From the NCBI GenBank assembly GCA_963816355.1, contig CAWFKH010000006.1:64001-128000 (forward strand): a stretch of DNA of 64,000 bases. The letters are read 5' to 3'. Positions 39,048-47,457 of the stretch are shown here, piece after piece. Both the position numbers and the translations under genes were made by a program. The notes beneath the pieces are model-generated. The model saw only the letters and a list, made by a program, of their open reading frames with translations. It had not been told where the DNA came from and made no database searches. The stretch is from an uncultured Gemmatimonadales bacterium (lineage in GTDB: Bacteria; Gemmatimonadota; Gemmatimonadetes; Longimicrobiales; RSA9). The number at the start of each line of letters is the position of its first letter. Positions within the stretch are counted from its first letter, which is position 1.

Positions 39048-39521
39048 TCACGACGCCGCCCCGGCCGCCCCGGCCGTGCCGCCGGGCGTGACCGGCGCCG
39101 GGCCGCGGTCCATGAGCGCGCCGAACGTGCCGCCGTAGACGAGGTGGAGGACGAGCGTCGCCACGGCGATCATCGGCGTCACCGCGGTGCCGAACGCCCC
39201 CCAGCCGAGGAACGGCAGCACCACCACCTGCATCAGCAGCCACAGGAACACGCCGAGCGCGATGCCGCGACCCACCGTCACGCGCCGCGTCGTCGCCGCC
39301 AGAACGCCGCCCCAGAAGCCGCCGTACGCCAGGTGCAGTAGCGCCGCCGCCGCCATCAGCGCCGGCTTCGGCAGGCCGCCGCCCGTCAGCTTGCCGACGA
39401 TCGCCGCCGGGATCGGCTTCGGCATCGGCGAGGCGCCGCTCACCAGCCCCAGGATCATCAGCACGGACATCGCGAGCGTCGCGACGACGCCCCACCCTGC
39501 TCCGCTCCAGAACCTTCGCAT
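39048..39521 (-). CDS. Four-TM membrane protein (DUF6789-like), similar to 18193-18645
   Basis: GVVATLAMS, LHLAYGG, LHLVYGG. Confidence 0.75.
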   Translation of the reverse strand: MRRFWSGAGWGVVATLAMSVLMILGLVSGASPMPKPIPAAIVGKLTGGGLPKPALMAAAALLHLAYGGFWGGVLAATTRRVTVGRGIALGVFLWLLMQVVVLPFLGWGAFGTAVTPMIAVATLVLHLVYGGTFGALMDRGPAPVTPGGTAGAAGAAS

Positions 39522-39601
39522 CGTGCTCCCCTCCATTCCCGGGCCATGCCCCTGGCCGGCGACGTCGTCCGCCGCGCGGCCGTGGATCCGAACTGTGGGT
39601 C

Positions 39602-39973
39602 TCAGGAGGCCAGGCGCCGCGCCGCGGCGTCGCCCCGCAGCAGAGCGGCCAGATCCTCCAGCAGTGCTTCGTTCACGCGGCAGTACAGGTAGCGCCCCTG
39701 GCGCGCGCGTTCGATCACGCCCGCGTCCTGCAGCTCCTTCAGGTGGTGCGACAGCGTCGACGGCGCGACGTCGACGAGCGTGGCCAGCTCGCCGACGTTA
39801 CAGCTCGCCGGATCGAGCGCGCACTCCGCCGCGCGCGCGCCGGAGCAGCACGCGACCGCGCGTCCGAGCAGCGCCCGTACGATCGTCAGCCGGTGCGGGT
39901 GACCGAGCGCGCGGAAGGCGCGGCTCAGCGCATCGTCGTCGATCGGTGTCTGCGGGATCCTCGTAGGCGCCAT
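39602..39973 (-). CDS. ArsR/SmtB family regulator with Cys-rich insertion
   Basis: FRALGHPHRL, ACCSGARAAEC..SCNVGEL, STLSHHLKEL; start could be 39994. Confidence 0.9.
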   Translation of the reverse strand: MAPTRIPQTPIDDDALSRAFRALGHPHRLTIVRALLGRAVACCSGARAAECALDPASCNVGELATLVDVAPSTLSHHLKELQDAGVIERARQGRYLYCRVNEALLEDLAALLRGDAAARRLAS

Positions 39974-40000
39974 GCTCCATCCCTTTCCATTCATTCCATA

Positions 40001-40018
40001 ATTCTACAAATATCGAAG
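40001..40018. promoter_or_regulatory. Candidate ArsR operator
   Basis: AT-rich imperfect palindrome TTCTA-caaata-TCGAA just upstream of arsR. Confidence 0.45.
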
Positions 40019-40133
40019 TGTTAGGGCAAGGGCTCGGTCGCGGTCCGGGTCTGGAAACCGCGCGTGTGGCCTTCGCAGGCGGGTGAGGCTGACTGAGCGC
40101 GCCTCCCCCTCCCTCACACCACCGGCACCTCCC

Positions 40134-41615
40134 TCACACCACCCGCACCTCCTCGCCCCACCCGATCTCGCCGACGGCGTCCACGGTGAAGGCGTAGCTC
40201 TCCTTGCGGTCGTCACGGCCGCTGTGGGTGACGGCGAGCACGCGCTGGCCGTCGGTGCGGATGTGAACGATGCCGAACGTGGTCTTGTCGTAGCAGTTCT
40301 GGACGCGCTCGGCGCTGGCGGACTCGTGGCCCGCGTCGGTGATTTCGTGGACGAAGCGCGGGCCGAGGCGCGCGAAGAAGGCGACCATCTCGGTGACGTA
40401 GATGAGCGGCTTCTCGACGGTGGCGCGGGAGTACTTGCCGAGGGCGCCGACGAGGCCGGCGCGGGGGTGGATGTACTCCTTGGCGGCGTTCTCATCGCCG
40501 GAGCTGACGACGCTGACGACGGGGCGCACGGCTTCGAGCATGCGGGGGTTGAAGTCGGCGGAGCCGTGGTGGGGGACCTTGAGGACCTCGGCGGCGAGGG
40601 AAATGCCGTCGTCGCGGGTGCGCTCGAGGAGGCCGGTCTCGGACTCGGCGTTGAGGTCGGCGCCGAAGAGGAAGCGGACGTTGCCGAAGGTGATCTTGAG
40701 GACGATGGAGTGGCCGTTGATGGTGTGGCTTGCGGAGAGGGATCCGCCGCCCTCGGCGTGGAGGAAGGCGAGCGCGGGCGTCCCCGCGACGTCGCCCGGA
40801 AGCGGCCCGAGGACCTCGACGCCCACGTCGCCGGCGAGGAAGTCGAAGGCGGCCTCGTCGCTGTACTCGACGCGCCGGACCTCGAGCTGCGGATCGCGCT
40901 GGCCGAGCTCGACGAGGGCGGCTTTCCACGCCTGGAAGTCCTCGTTCATGCGGGCGTCGGGGACGGTGCGCAGGTCGTCCTCGAGCTGCGTGGCCCAGGT
41001 GCGGCCGTCCGCCTTCACGTGGGCGCCGAACATCTCGGTGTCGCCGCGCCGCTTGCCGTCCGGCTTCTTCGACCCCGCCTTGACCAGGCCGTTGTGGTAG
41101 ACGCGGCGCGCGCTGATCATCGGCCCCTTCTTTCCGGGGCGGGTGGCGTGGGCGAGCTTCGTGAGGCCGGCGAAGTGGTCTGCGTCGCCGTGCGTGACGA
41201 CGATGGCGTCGACGCCGAGCGTGGCGGTACGTAGCCTGTACGACCATGCCGCCCCCACGTAGCGCGTCAGGTGCATCTCCTCGCCGCCGTCGATCAGGAG
41301 CAGTCGGCCGCCGGGAGTCTCGACGATCGCGGCATCGCCCTGGCCGACGTCGACGAAGCGCACCTTGAGGAGCGGCGCGGGACGGAAGCGGGCGGCGGCG
41401 GGGATCAGGCCGTCGAGCCACTCGTCGTGGTGCGCCTGTTCGTTCCACACGCGCTTGAGCTGGAGGACGTGCCAGAAGTCGCCCTCCTTGCCGGCGACGC
41501 GCACTTCGTCGCCCCAGAAGAGAGTGGCGAGGATCTGCTTCTTGCCGGTCTGCTGGAAATGGGCGCGGTCGTAGACGCGGACGACGTCGTCGTCCAGGAA
41601 GCGGCGCTCCGGCAT
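40134..41615 (-). CDS. Soluble ComEC/Rec2-like MBL-fold hydrolase
   Basis: AAGGAGG RBS; DVGQGDA, THGDADH, FGADLN, KVPHHGS, YIHP. Confidence 0.85.
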   Translation of the reverse strand: MPERRFLDDDVVRVYDRAHFQQTGKKQILATLFWGDEVRVAGKEGDFWHVLQLKRVWNEQAHHDEWLDGLIPAAARFRPAPLLKVRFVDVGQGDAAIVETPGGRLLLIDGGEEMHLTRYVGAAWSYRLRTATLGVDAIVVTHGDADHFAGLTKLAHATRPGKKGPMISARRVYHNGLVKAGSKKPDGKRRGDTEMFGAHVKADGRTWATQLEDDLRTVPDARMNEDFQAWKAALVELGQRDPQLEVRRVEYSDEAAFDFLAGDVGVEVLGPLPGDVAGTPALAFLHAEGGGSLSASHTINGHSIVLKITFGNVRFLFGADLNAESETGLLERTRDDGISLAAEVLKVPHHGSADFNPRMLEAVRPVVSVVSSGDENAAKEYIHPRAGLVGALGKYSRATVEKPLIYVTEMVAFFARLGPRFVHEITDAGHESASAERVQNCYDKTTFGIVHIRTDGQRVLAVTHSGRDDRKESYAFTVDAVGEIGWGEEVRVV

Positions 41616-41662
41616 GCGATCCTCCTTGGGTGTCGTCTATCGGGACGATATCGTCGGCGGGC

Positions 41663-41708
41663 GGCGTGCGCCACACGGCGTGCGCCACACGGCGTGCGCC
41701 ACACGGCG
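41663..41708. repeat. 14-bp tandem repeat x3
   Basis: ggcgtgcgccacac at 41663, 41677, 41691. Confidence 0.9.
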
Positions 41709-41753
41709 GAGCGACCCGGCGGATCGCGCCCGGAGACGGCGCCCGGCGTGGGT

Positions 41754-42665
41754 TCAGCCGCCGAGCGCGCGGGTGAGTCGCACGAGGAGCGCCTCCGGTT
41801 CGCCGACGATCTGGCGCCACGTGACGCGCACGACGCGCAGACCGGCGCCGACGAGGACGGCGTCGCGGCGGCGGTCGCTCTCGAAGCGACGCGCCGAGGC
41901 GTGGTAGGCGAAGCCGTCGATCTCGGCCACGAGCCGCTCCGCGCGCCACAGGCAGTCCACCTCGATCCCGGCGACGCGGGCGTTCGTCTCCGGCCGCGAT
42001 AGAGGCGTCCGAGCGATGAGCGTGAGGAAGGCCTCCTCGGCCTCGGAGCGCGTGAGCGCCGGCGACACGTCGGCGTCGAGAAGCGCGCGCAGGCGGCGGC
42101 TGCCCCTGCGCCGCGGCTGACGGTCGAGCACGGCGCGGATGCGCGATGGCGTCGTCCTGCTCTCGTTCAACGTGACGGCCAACGCGCGCTCGAGGTCGCG
42201 AAAGGCGACGACGCCGGCCAGGTCGCACAGGGTGCGCGACGGCGTCGTCACGCGCAGTCCGTCGAGGCGCGTGACGTCTTCCGAGGGGAGCGAGGCGGCG
42301 CGGTGGATCCGGATGTGGGGGCGCTGAAGCCGACTTCGCCATGGCACCGAGACCTCCGGCTCGCCCTGTGGAGGGAACTGCCTGTGGAGCGCCGCGGCGC
42401 TGTGATGGCTGATCACGGACGACGCGCCGCACGCCAGCAGCGCGGCCATCTCCGGCGCGCGCGGCGCGACCACCGGCCCGACGCGGTAGACGCCACGGTG
42501 AAGGCGGACGAGCCGGCCCGCGGCGGCGCGCCGGTCGAGTGCGCCGGCGCCGACCCCCGCGGCCAGGAGCTGCGCGCGCGAAACGACGCCGTGCTGGCGG
42601 GCCGCGATGTCCTGAATCACGGAGTCCGGCCGGGGCGAGTGCGCGGAGGACGTGCGTATGGGCAT
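41754..42665 (-). CDS. AbiEi-type wHTH plus DUF559 (Vsr-like) endonuclease protein
   Basis: AARQHGVVSRAQL, RLHRGVY, VTTPSRTLCDL, RSEAE, EVDCLW...AEIDG.AYH...DRRRD; start inferred. Confidence 0.88.
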   Translation of the reverse strand: MPIRTSSAHSPRPDSVIQDIAARQHGVVSRAQLLAAGVGAGALDRRAAAGRLVRLHRGVYRVGPVVAPRAPEMAALLACGASSVISHHSAAALHRQFPPQGEPEVSVPWRSRLQRPHIRIHRAASLPSEDVTRLDGLRVTTPSRTLCDLAGVVAFRDLERALAVTLNESRTTPSRIRAVLDRQPRRRGSRRLRALLDADVSPALTRSEAEEAFLTLIARTPLSRPETNARVAGIEVDCLWRAERLVAEIDGFAYHASARRFESDRRRDAVLVGAGLRVVRVTWRQIVGEPEALLVRLTRALGG

Positions 42666-42783
42666 GGTCGAGTATGAGGGGGGTCGCAGGGCGATTCCAT
42701 GGCAGCATCGGACCGCGCGATTTCGGTGTGGGGCCGGAGGGCAGCGGTGGGGCGGCGGCGAATCGCAGTGGTTGCGCGGGCGT

Positions 42784-42943
42784 CGGCCGTGAGGCGAGGG
42801 AGGCCCGCGGCGCTCGGCAGCGGCGGGCGGCGGCCGTGAGGCGAGGGAGGCCCGCGGCGCTCGGCGGCGGCGGGCGGCGGCCGTGAGGCGAGGGAGACCC
42901 GCGGCGCTCGGCGGCGGCGGGCGTCGGTCGTGAGGCGAGGGAA
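42784..42943. repeat. 47-bp tandem repeat x3.4
   Basis: Units start at 42784, 42831, 42878, 42925 (cggccgtgaggcgaggga...). Confidence 0.9.
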
Positions 42944-43113
42944 AGGTTGCCACTCGTTGCGCCTGGACTCGTCGATGGAGTGTTGACGCCGTGGGACGGG
43001 GTCAACCCTCCACTCCTGGCGAGCGGTCGGGGGAGGAGGGAGTGTTGACATCGGATGGCGAAGTCAACGCTCCCAGGCGCGCTCTGACGGGCCCGAGTGG
43101 TAAGGTATTCGCC
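42934..43113. repeat. Phased palindromic element, copy A
   Basis: Two GGAGTGTTGAC-N13-GTCAACnCTCC palindromes 62 bp apart inside terminal IR ttgccactcg/cgagtggtaa. Confidence 0.75.
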
Positions 43114-43318
43114 GCACGGGTCGCGCCGCGTCGCGCGGGTATCGCCGCCGCGCCGCGGGTCGCGCCGCGCCGCACGGGCCGCCGCTGCACGGGTTGCCGC
43201 CGCGCCGCGCGGGTATCGCCGCCGCGCCGCGGCCGCCTGCGTCGCGCGCGCTGCGCGGACGGATCTGGCGGAGCTGTTGCGGGAGGAGTTGAGGTCCGTC
43301 GCGTGAGCGACGCCCGCG

Positions 43319-44104
43319 TCAGCCTCCGCCCGGCGCGGCGATGCTCGCGTTCGCGTGCGACTCGGAGAGCGTGGCGAGCGCGTCGCCGCGGGCGTCGACG
43401 GCCGGGTCGTTCTCGGTGCCGCCGTAGACGGCGACGTCGAGGGCCGCGCCGGGGTCGAATCGCGCGAAGTCGGGGAAGATCGAAGTCAGATGAACGACGG
43501 CGGTGTCGCCGTGCACGGAGAGGCCGGGCAGGTCCGGCGCGACGACGAGCACGATCGCCTGGTCGAACGACGCCGGTGTCGCCTCGCCGGGCGCCCCGAT
43601 GAAGAGGCGGAGCAGGCGGCGGTGCGGTGGATCGGTGAGGAAGCTGGTCGCGCGGAAGGTGATGTCGAGGCACGGCTCGCCGCACGACTGGACGGAGGCG
43701 TCGAGATCGACCATGTGGATCGTGGAGCGCTGGAGCAGGCGCGCGGCGATGGGACCGGCGCCCGGCTTCTCGGCGGACACGTCGAGCGGCACGAAGCCGT
43801 CCTTCTCGAAGTGCAGGTTGAACGGCTCGCCCGGCGCGAGGCCATCGAAATGGAAGGAACCGTCGGTGCCGGTCAGGACCGTGCCGGCGAAGCCGATCGA
43901 GTTGAGCGTCGCGGTGACGCCGCTCGCGTCGGGGACCGCGTCGCCGAACTGGTCGACGAGGTCGACGAAGCCCGAGACCGACGCCGTTGGCGCGCTCACG
44001 TCCGAGCAGCCCGCGAAGGCGATCGGCGCCGCGAGCGCCAGGGCGAGAAGAATCGGTGTGCAAGGGGTACGCGCGCCGCGACCTACATCGAGTGCTTCCG
44101 CCAT
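43319..44104 (-). CDS. Hypothetical lipoprotein with a carboxypeptidase-regulatory-like domain
   Basis: Lipobox FAGC; TGTDGSFHFDGLAPG..NLHFEKDGF. Confidence 0.65.
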   Translation of the reverse strand: MAEALDVGRGARTPCTPILLALALAAPIAFAGCSDVSAPTASVSGFVDLVDQFGDAVPDASGVTATLNSIGFAGTVLTGTDGSFHFDGLAPGEPFNLHFEKDGFVPLDVSAEKPGAGPIAARLLQRSTIHMVDLDASVQSCGEPCLDITFRATSFLTDPPHRRLLRLFIGAPGEATPASFDQAIVLVVAPDLPGLSVHGDTAVVHLTSIFPDFARFDPGAALDVAVYGGTENDPAVDARGDALATLSESHANASIAAPGGG

Positions 44105-44150
44105 TGCACGCTCCTCCAGGTGGATCCTACGACGACGTCGACCGTGGCAG

Positions 44151-44231
44151 GCCGCGCGCCGGCGGACGCCCCGGCACGCCGCGCGCCGGCGGACGTCCCG
44201 GCAAGCTGCACGCCGGCGGACGCCCCGGCCA
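44151..44231. repeat. 27-bp tandem repeat x3
   Basis: gccgcgcgccggcggacgccccggcac variants. Confidence 0.85.
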
Positions 44232-44245
44232 TCCGTTCCATCCGC

Positions 44246-44821
44246 TCAGCCGTTCTGCCGATACGCCTCGCGCAGCAGCTCCTCGACCTCGCCGTCCACC
44301 TCCTCGGCGGACGTCAGCGAGAGGCGGTGCGTTGCCTGGCCGGGCGCGTTCGCGGGCGTCAGCCGCGGCGATCGGGGAGCCTCGACGTAGCGCAGCCCGA
44401 CGTCGACGCGTGTCTTCGTCGCGGCCGCGACGGCGGCGAACTGGCGGCGTCGCACGAACGGAATGTAGGTGCCGCGCGGCTCGACGGCGACGTCGTCGCC
44501 GAAGGACTCGAGGGTGGAGCGCAGGCGGTCGAAGATGCGGCGCAGAGGGGCCTTGTCGCCGGCGTACTGGCGGTCGATCTGCTCGTCGAGGGAGGGCGGC
44601 GTCCAGCCGGCGTCGCGGGCGGCGGCGTCGGCGATCGCCCACCGCGAGTTCTGCGGCACGCCGTGCTCCTGTTTCAGCCAGTGCCGCACGGCGGCCTGGT
44701 CGAGCGGATCGGTGCCACTGCGCCGCACGATCGCGACCCACGCCTCCACGGTGTGGCCGGTGCGCTCCTTCATCGAGTCGCTTACGGCGGACATCATGTC
44801 GCGCGGATTGTTCGGGACCAT
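44246..44821 (-). CDS. DUF4287/DUF5655 domain protein
   Basis: ERTGHTVEAW, WLKQEHG, YIPFVRRRQFA, LLREAY. Confidence 0.8.
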   Translation of the reverse strand: MVPNNPRDMMSAVSDSMKERTGHTVEAWVAIVRRSGTDPLDQAAVRHWLKQEHGVPQNSRWAIADAAARDAGWTPPSLDEQIDRQYAGDKAPLRRIFDRLRSTLESFGDDVAVEPRGTYIPFVRRRQFAAVAAATKTRVDVGLRYVEAPRSPRLTPANAPGQATHRLSLTSAEEVDGEVEELLREAYRQNG

Positions 44822-44915
44822 GGCGGGGCTCCGGTGCGGGATCGTCCGGCGGTCCAATGTAGCTTTACGCGCCCTCACCGCGCGAGGCGTGACCGCCCGG
44901 CGGCAAGGCCCGGCC

Positions 44916-45740
44916 CTACAGGTCGCGTCTGCGGTACAGCACGTAGGCGAGGGCGAGGAGGAGCAGCGTCTCGGCGACGCCGACCGCCGCGAGCACGCCG
45001 CTGTCGCCGTAGACCGGTGCGGGGCGGTTCATCTTGGCGAGCTGCGCGACGAGCCGCTGGTAGGATGCCGGATCGTAGCGCGCCGGCTCGATCAGGTCCG
45101 TGAAGAGGTTCACGGGCAGGAACTTCGTCGCGTCGGCCCAGGCGCCCCCGAGGCGGCCGAGCCCGGCGCGCGCGAGCTGCTCCGCGACGGCGACGTAGAA
45201 GAAGAGCACGCCCATCGCCGGTCCGGCGCTGCGCGCGAGGAAGGCGGCGAAGAAGCCCATCGCGGAGAAGCCGGCCACGAGGAGCAGGTCGGCGCCCATC
45301 AGGCGCAGGTCGCCGGCGCGCACGACCGGTCCCGCGGCGCCGCCCACGCCGAGGGCGGTCGCGCCGCCGAGCGCGATCGGGAGCAGGAAGAAGGTGACGA
45401 CGAGCATGAGGTAGAGCAGCAGCTTGCCGCCGAACCATTGATCCTTGGACAGGCCGTCGATCACGTTCTGCCGCGCGGTGCGCCAGGAGAACTCGCCGGC
45501 GACGAGCAGGATGAGCAGAATCGCCGAGAAGAAGCCGGCCGGCACCGACGGCTCGTGCACCAGGTCCGGCCACGCGGTGGGCAGCGCGAAGGCACCCAGC
45601 TCCGGGTGGCGCGCGTGCTGCCGCACCGTGGAGAAGAGGCTCAGCGCCGTGATCGTCGCGAAGAGGCCGACCGTCACCATCGCCGCCGGCCGCTTCACCG
45701 TCTTCAGCGTCTCGTTCCGCGTCAGCACCCCGATCGTCAT
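44916..45740 (-). CDS. ABC-2 transporter permease
   Basis: AGEFSWRTARQ, C-terminal RRDL. Confidence 0.88.
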   Translation of the reverse strand: MTIGVLTRNETLKTVKRPAAMVTVGLFATITALSLFSTVRQHARHPELGAFALPTAWPDLVHEPSVPAGFFSAILLILLVAGEFSWRTARQNVIDGLSKDQWFGGKLLLYLMLVVTFFLLPIALGGATALGVGGAAGPVVRAGDLRLMGADLLLVAGFSAMGFFAAFLARSAGPAMGVLFFYVAVAEQLARAGLGRLGGAWADATKFLPVNLFTDLIEPARYDPASYQRLVAQLAKMNRPAPVYGDSGVLAAVGVAETLLLLALAYVLYRRRDL

Positions 45741-46678
45741 GCCACCCCCTCCAGCGCGACCGCGTCCGCCGGCGCGTCCGCCCCCGTGAGCTCCATGAAC
45801 GCCTCCTCGAGCGACTGCCGCCGCAGCGCGAGGTGCGAGAGGTAGACGCCGCGCTCGACGCAGAAGCGGTTGAGCGCGGCGAGGTCGTCGTCCTCGAGCC
45901 GCAAGCGGACGACGTCGCCGTCGACCGTGACGCCGGCGGCCGCCGGGTACTCGCTCACGAGCGCCGCGAGCGCGGCGGGCGACGTCGCCCCGCCTCCGCT
46001 CAGCTCGGCGACGACGTTGCCGGCGACGATCTCGGCGACGCTGCCCTGCCGCACGATGCGGCCGCGGCGGATGATCGCCACGTGCGTGCAGGTGCGCTCG
46101 ACCTCGAAGAGGAGGTGGCTGGAGAGGAAGATCGTCTTCCCGCGCGACGCGAGCTCGGCGATGATGTCGCGGATCTCGCGCATCCCCTCCGGGTCGAGGC
46201 CGTTGGCGGGCTCGTCGAGCACGATCAGCTCGGGGTCGCCGAGCATGGTGGCGGCGACGGCGAGGCGCTGCTTCATGCCGAGCGAGTAGGTGGCGTAGCG
46301 GTCCTTGCGTCGCGCCGTGAGTCCGACGAGCGCGAGCGCCGCGTCGATGTCGCGTCGTCCGACGCGCTTCACGTTGGCCACCACGCGCAGATTGTCGAGG
46401 CCGCTCAGGTACGGGTAGAAGTTCGGGTTCTCGAGCGTCGCGCCGACGCGCTGCCGCGCCCGGTGCAGCCCGCGCCGGCCGCTCAGGCCGAAGAGCTCGA
46501 TCTCGCCGGCGGTCGGCGTGACGATGCCGAGCAGCATGCCGATCGTCGTCGTCTTGCCGCTGCCGTTCGGACCGAGGAAGCCGAACACCTGCCCCGCCTC
46601 GACCGTGAAGCCGATGCGGTCGACCGCGAGCTGCTTCGGGTAGCGCTTCGTCAGGCCTCGTGTCTCGATGACGTGCAC
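45737..46678 (-). CDS. ABC transporter ATP-binding protein
   Basis: GPNGSGKTT, YSLGMKQRL, LDEPANGLDP. Confidence 0.93.
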   Translation of the reverse strand: MHVIETRGLTKRYPKQLAVDRIGFTVEAGQVFGFLGPNGSGKTTTIGMLLGIVTPTAGEIELFGLSGRRGLHRARQRVGATLENPNFYPYLSGLDNLRVVANVKRVGRRDIDAALALVGLTARRKDRYATYSLGMKQRLAVAATMLGDPELIVLDEPANGLDPEGMREIRDIIAELASRGKTIFLSSHLLFEVERTCTHVAIIRRGRIVRQGSVAEIVAGNVVAELSGGGATSPAALAALVSEYPAAAGVTVDGDVVRLRLEDDDLAALNRFCVERGVYLSHLALRRQSLEEAFMELTGADAPADAVALEGVA

Positions 46679-46843
46679 GTCGCCTCCGTGGCGGATCGGA
46701 TCGGGCGCGTGGCGGAGCGCCGCTCCTGTCAGGAACGGGCGGCGGGTGCGGCTGGTTTCACGGGAGGGTGCGTCGGTGGGCGCGAGGCGGCGCGAGGCGG
46801 CCGCGGTCCGGCGGGCGCGAGGCGGCCGCGGTCGCCGGTCGAG

Positions 46844-47188
46844 CTATGCCGTCGGGCCGGCGGCGCGAGGCGCGCGCCGCGCGTCCATCCGCTCGTCGGT
46901 CCAGTTCCACCAGAGGAGCAGGTCCGGGTCGCGCACCGTCGTCGAGGCGTAGTGGACCGCGCAGCGCAGCACGTAGAGCATGCAGCGGTCGATGGACGTG
47001 CCCTGCAGGTGGCAGAGGCGGGCGTACAGCTCCTCCGGGTCGCGGTCGCGAAGCGCCGCCACCGAGCGGATGCCGAGCGCCCACAGGTCCCGGCTGATCG
47101 ACTCGCCCACGCCCGGGATCGTCCGCAGCTCCGTCAGCACCGCCGGATCGGGGGCCGCAGCCCCTCGCGTGGTCGCGCTCGCGCCCAT
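46844..47188 (-). CDS. Helix-hairpin-helix protein (Cdd1-like)
   Basis: LRTIPGVG, DPEELY, DRCMLYVLRCAV, WWNW. Confidence 0.85.
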   Translation of the reverse strand: MGASATTRGAAAPDPAVLTELRTIPGVGESISRDLWALGIRSVAALRDRDPEELYARLCHLQGTSIDRCMLYVLRCAVHYASTTVRDPDLLLWWNWTDERMDARRAPRAAGPTA

Positions 47189-47302
47189 CTCACTCGCCTC
47201 GTCGTCGTGTTCCAGGCTGCGCCCCTGCCGCTCCAGTATAGCGACGCCGCCGCCGCCCAGCACGTCGAAGTTCACGCCGCAAGCGCGAAGTACCCCGGCC
47301 GC

Positions 47303-47415
47303 AGCCCCCCAGACCCCGTCCCCCAGACCCGGCGGGCGCAGCCCCGCCGCCCCCCAGACCCCGTCTCCCAGACCCCCCCCAGACCCCCTCCGCAGACCCC
47401 AGACCGATCGCTTCC
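47303..47415. repeat. C-rich CAGACC repeat element, copy 1
   Basis: About 7 CAGACC motifs between C runs; homologous to 54111-54256. Confidence 0.75.
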
Positions 47416-47457
47416 CACCGACACGCGCCCCCAACCCACCCCCGATCCCACCTCGAC

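Noticed and set aside
41754..42665. Complete type IV AbiE toxin-antitoxin system
   Set aside because: No AbiEii nucleotidyltransferase adjacent
42934..43113. Mini-CRISPR or integron attC site
   Set aside because: The repeat interior (N13) is variable, there are only two units, ends do not fit RYYYAAC/GTTRRRY, and there is no integrase
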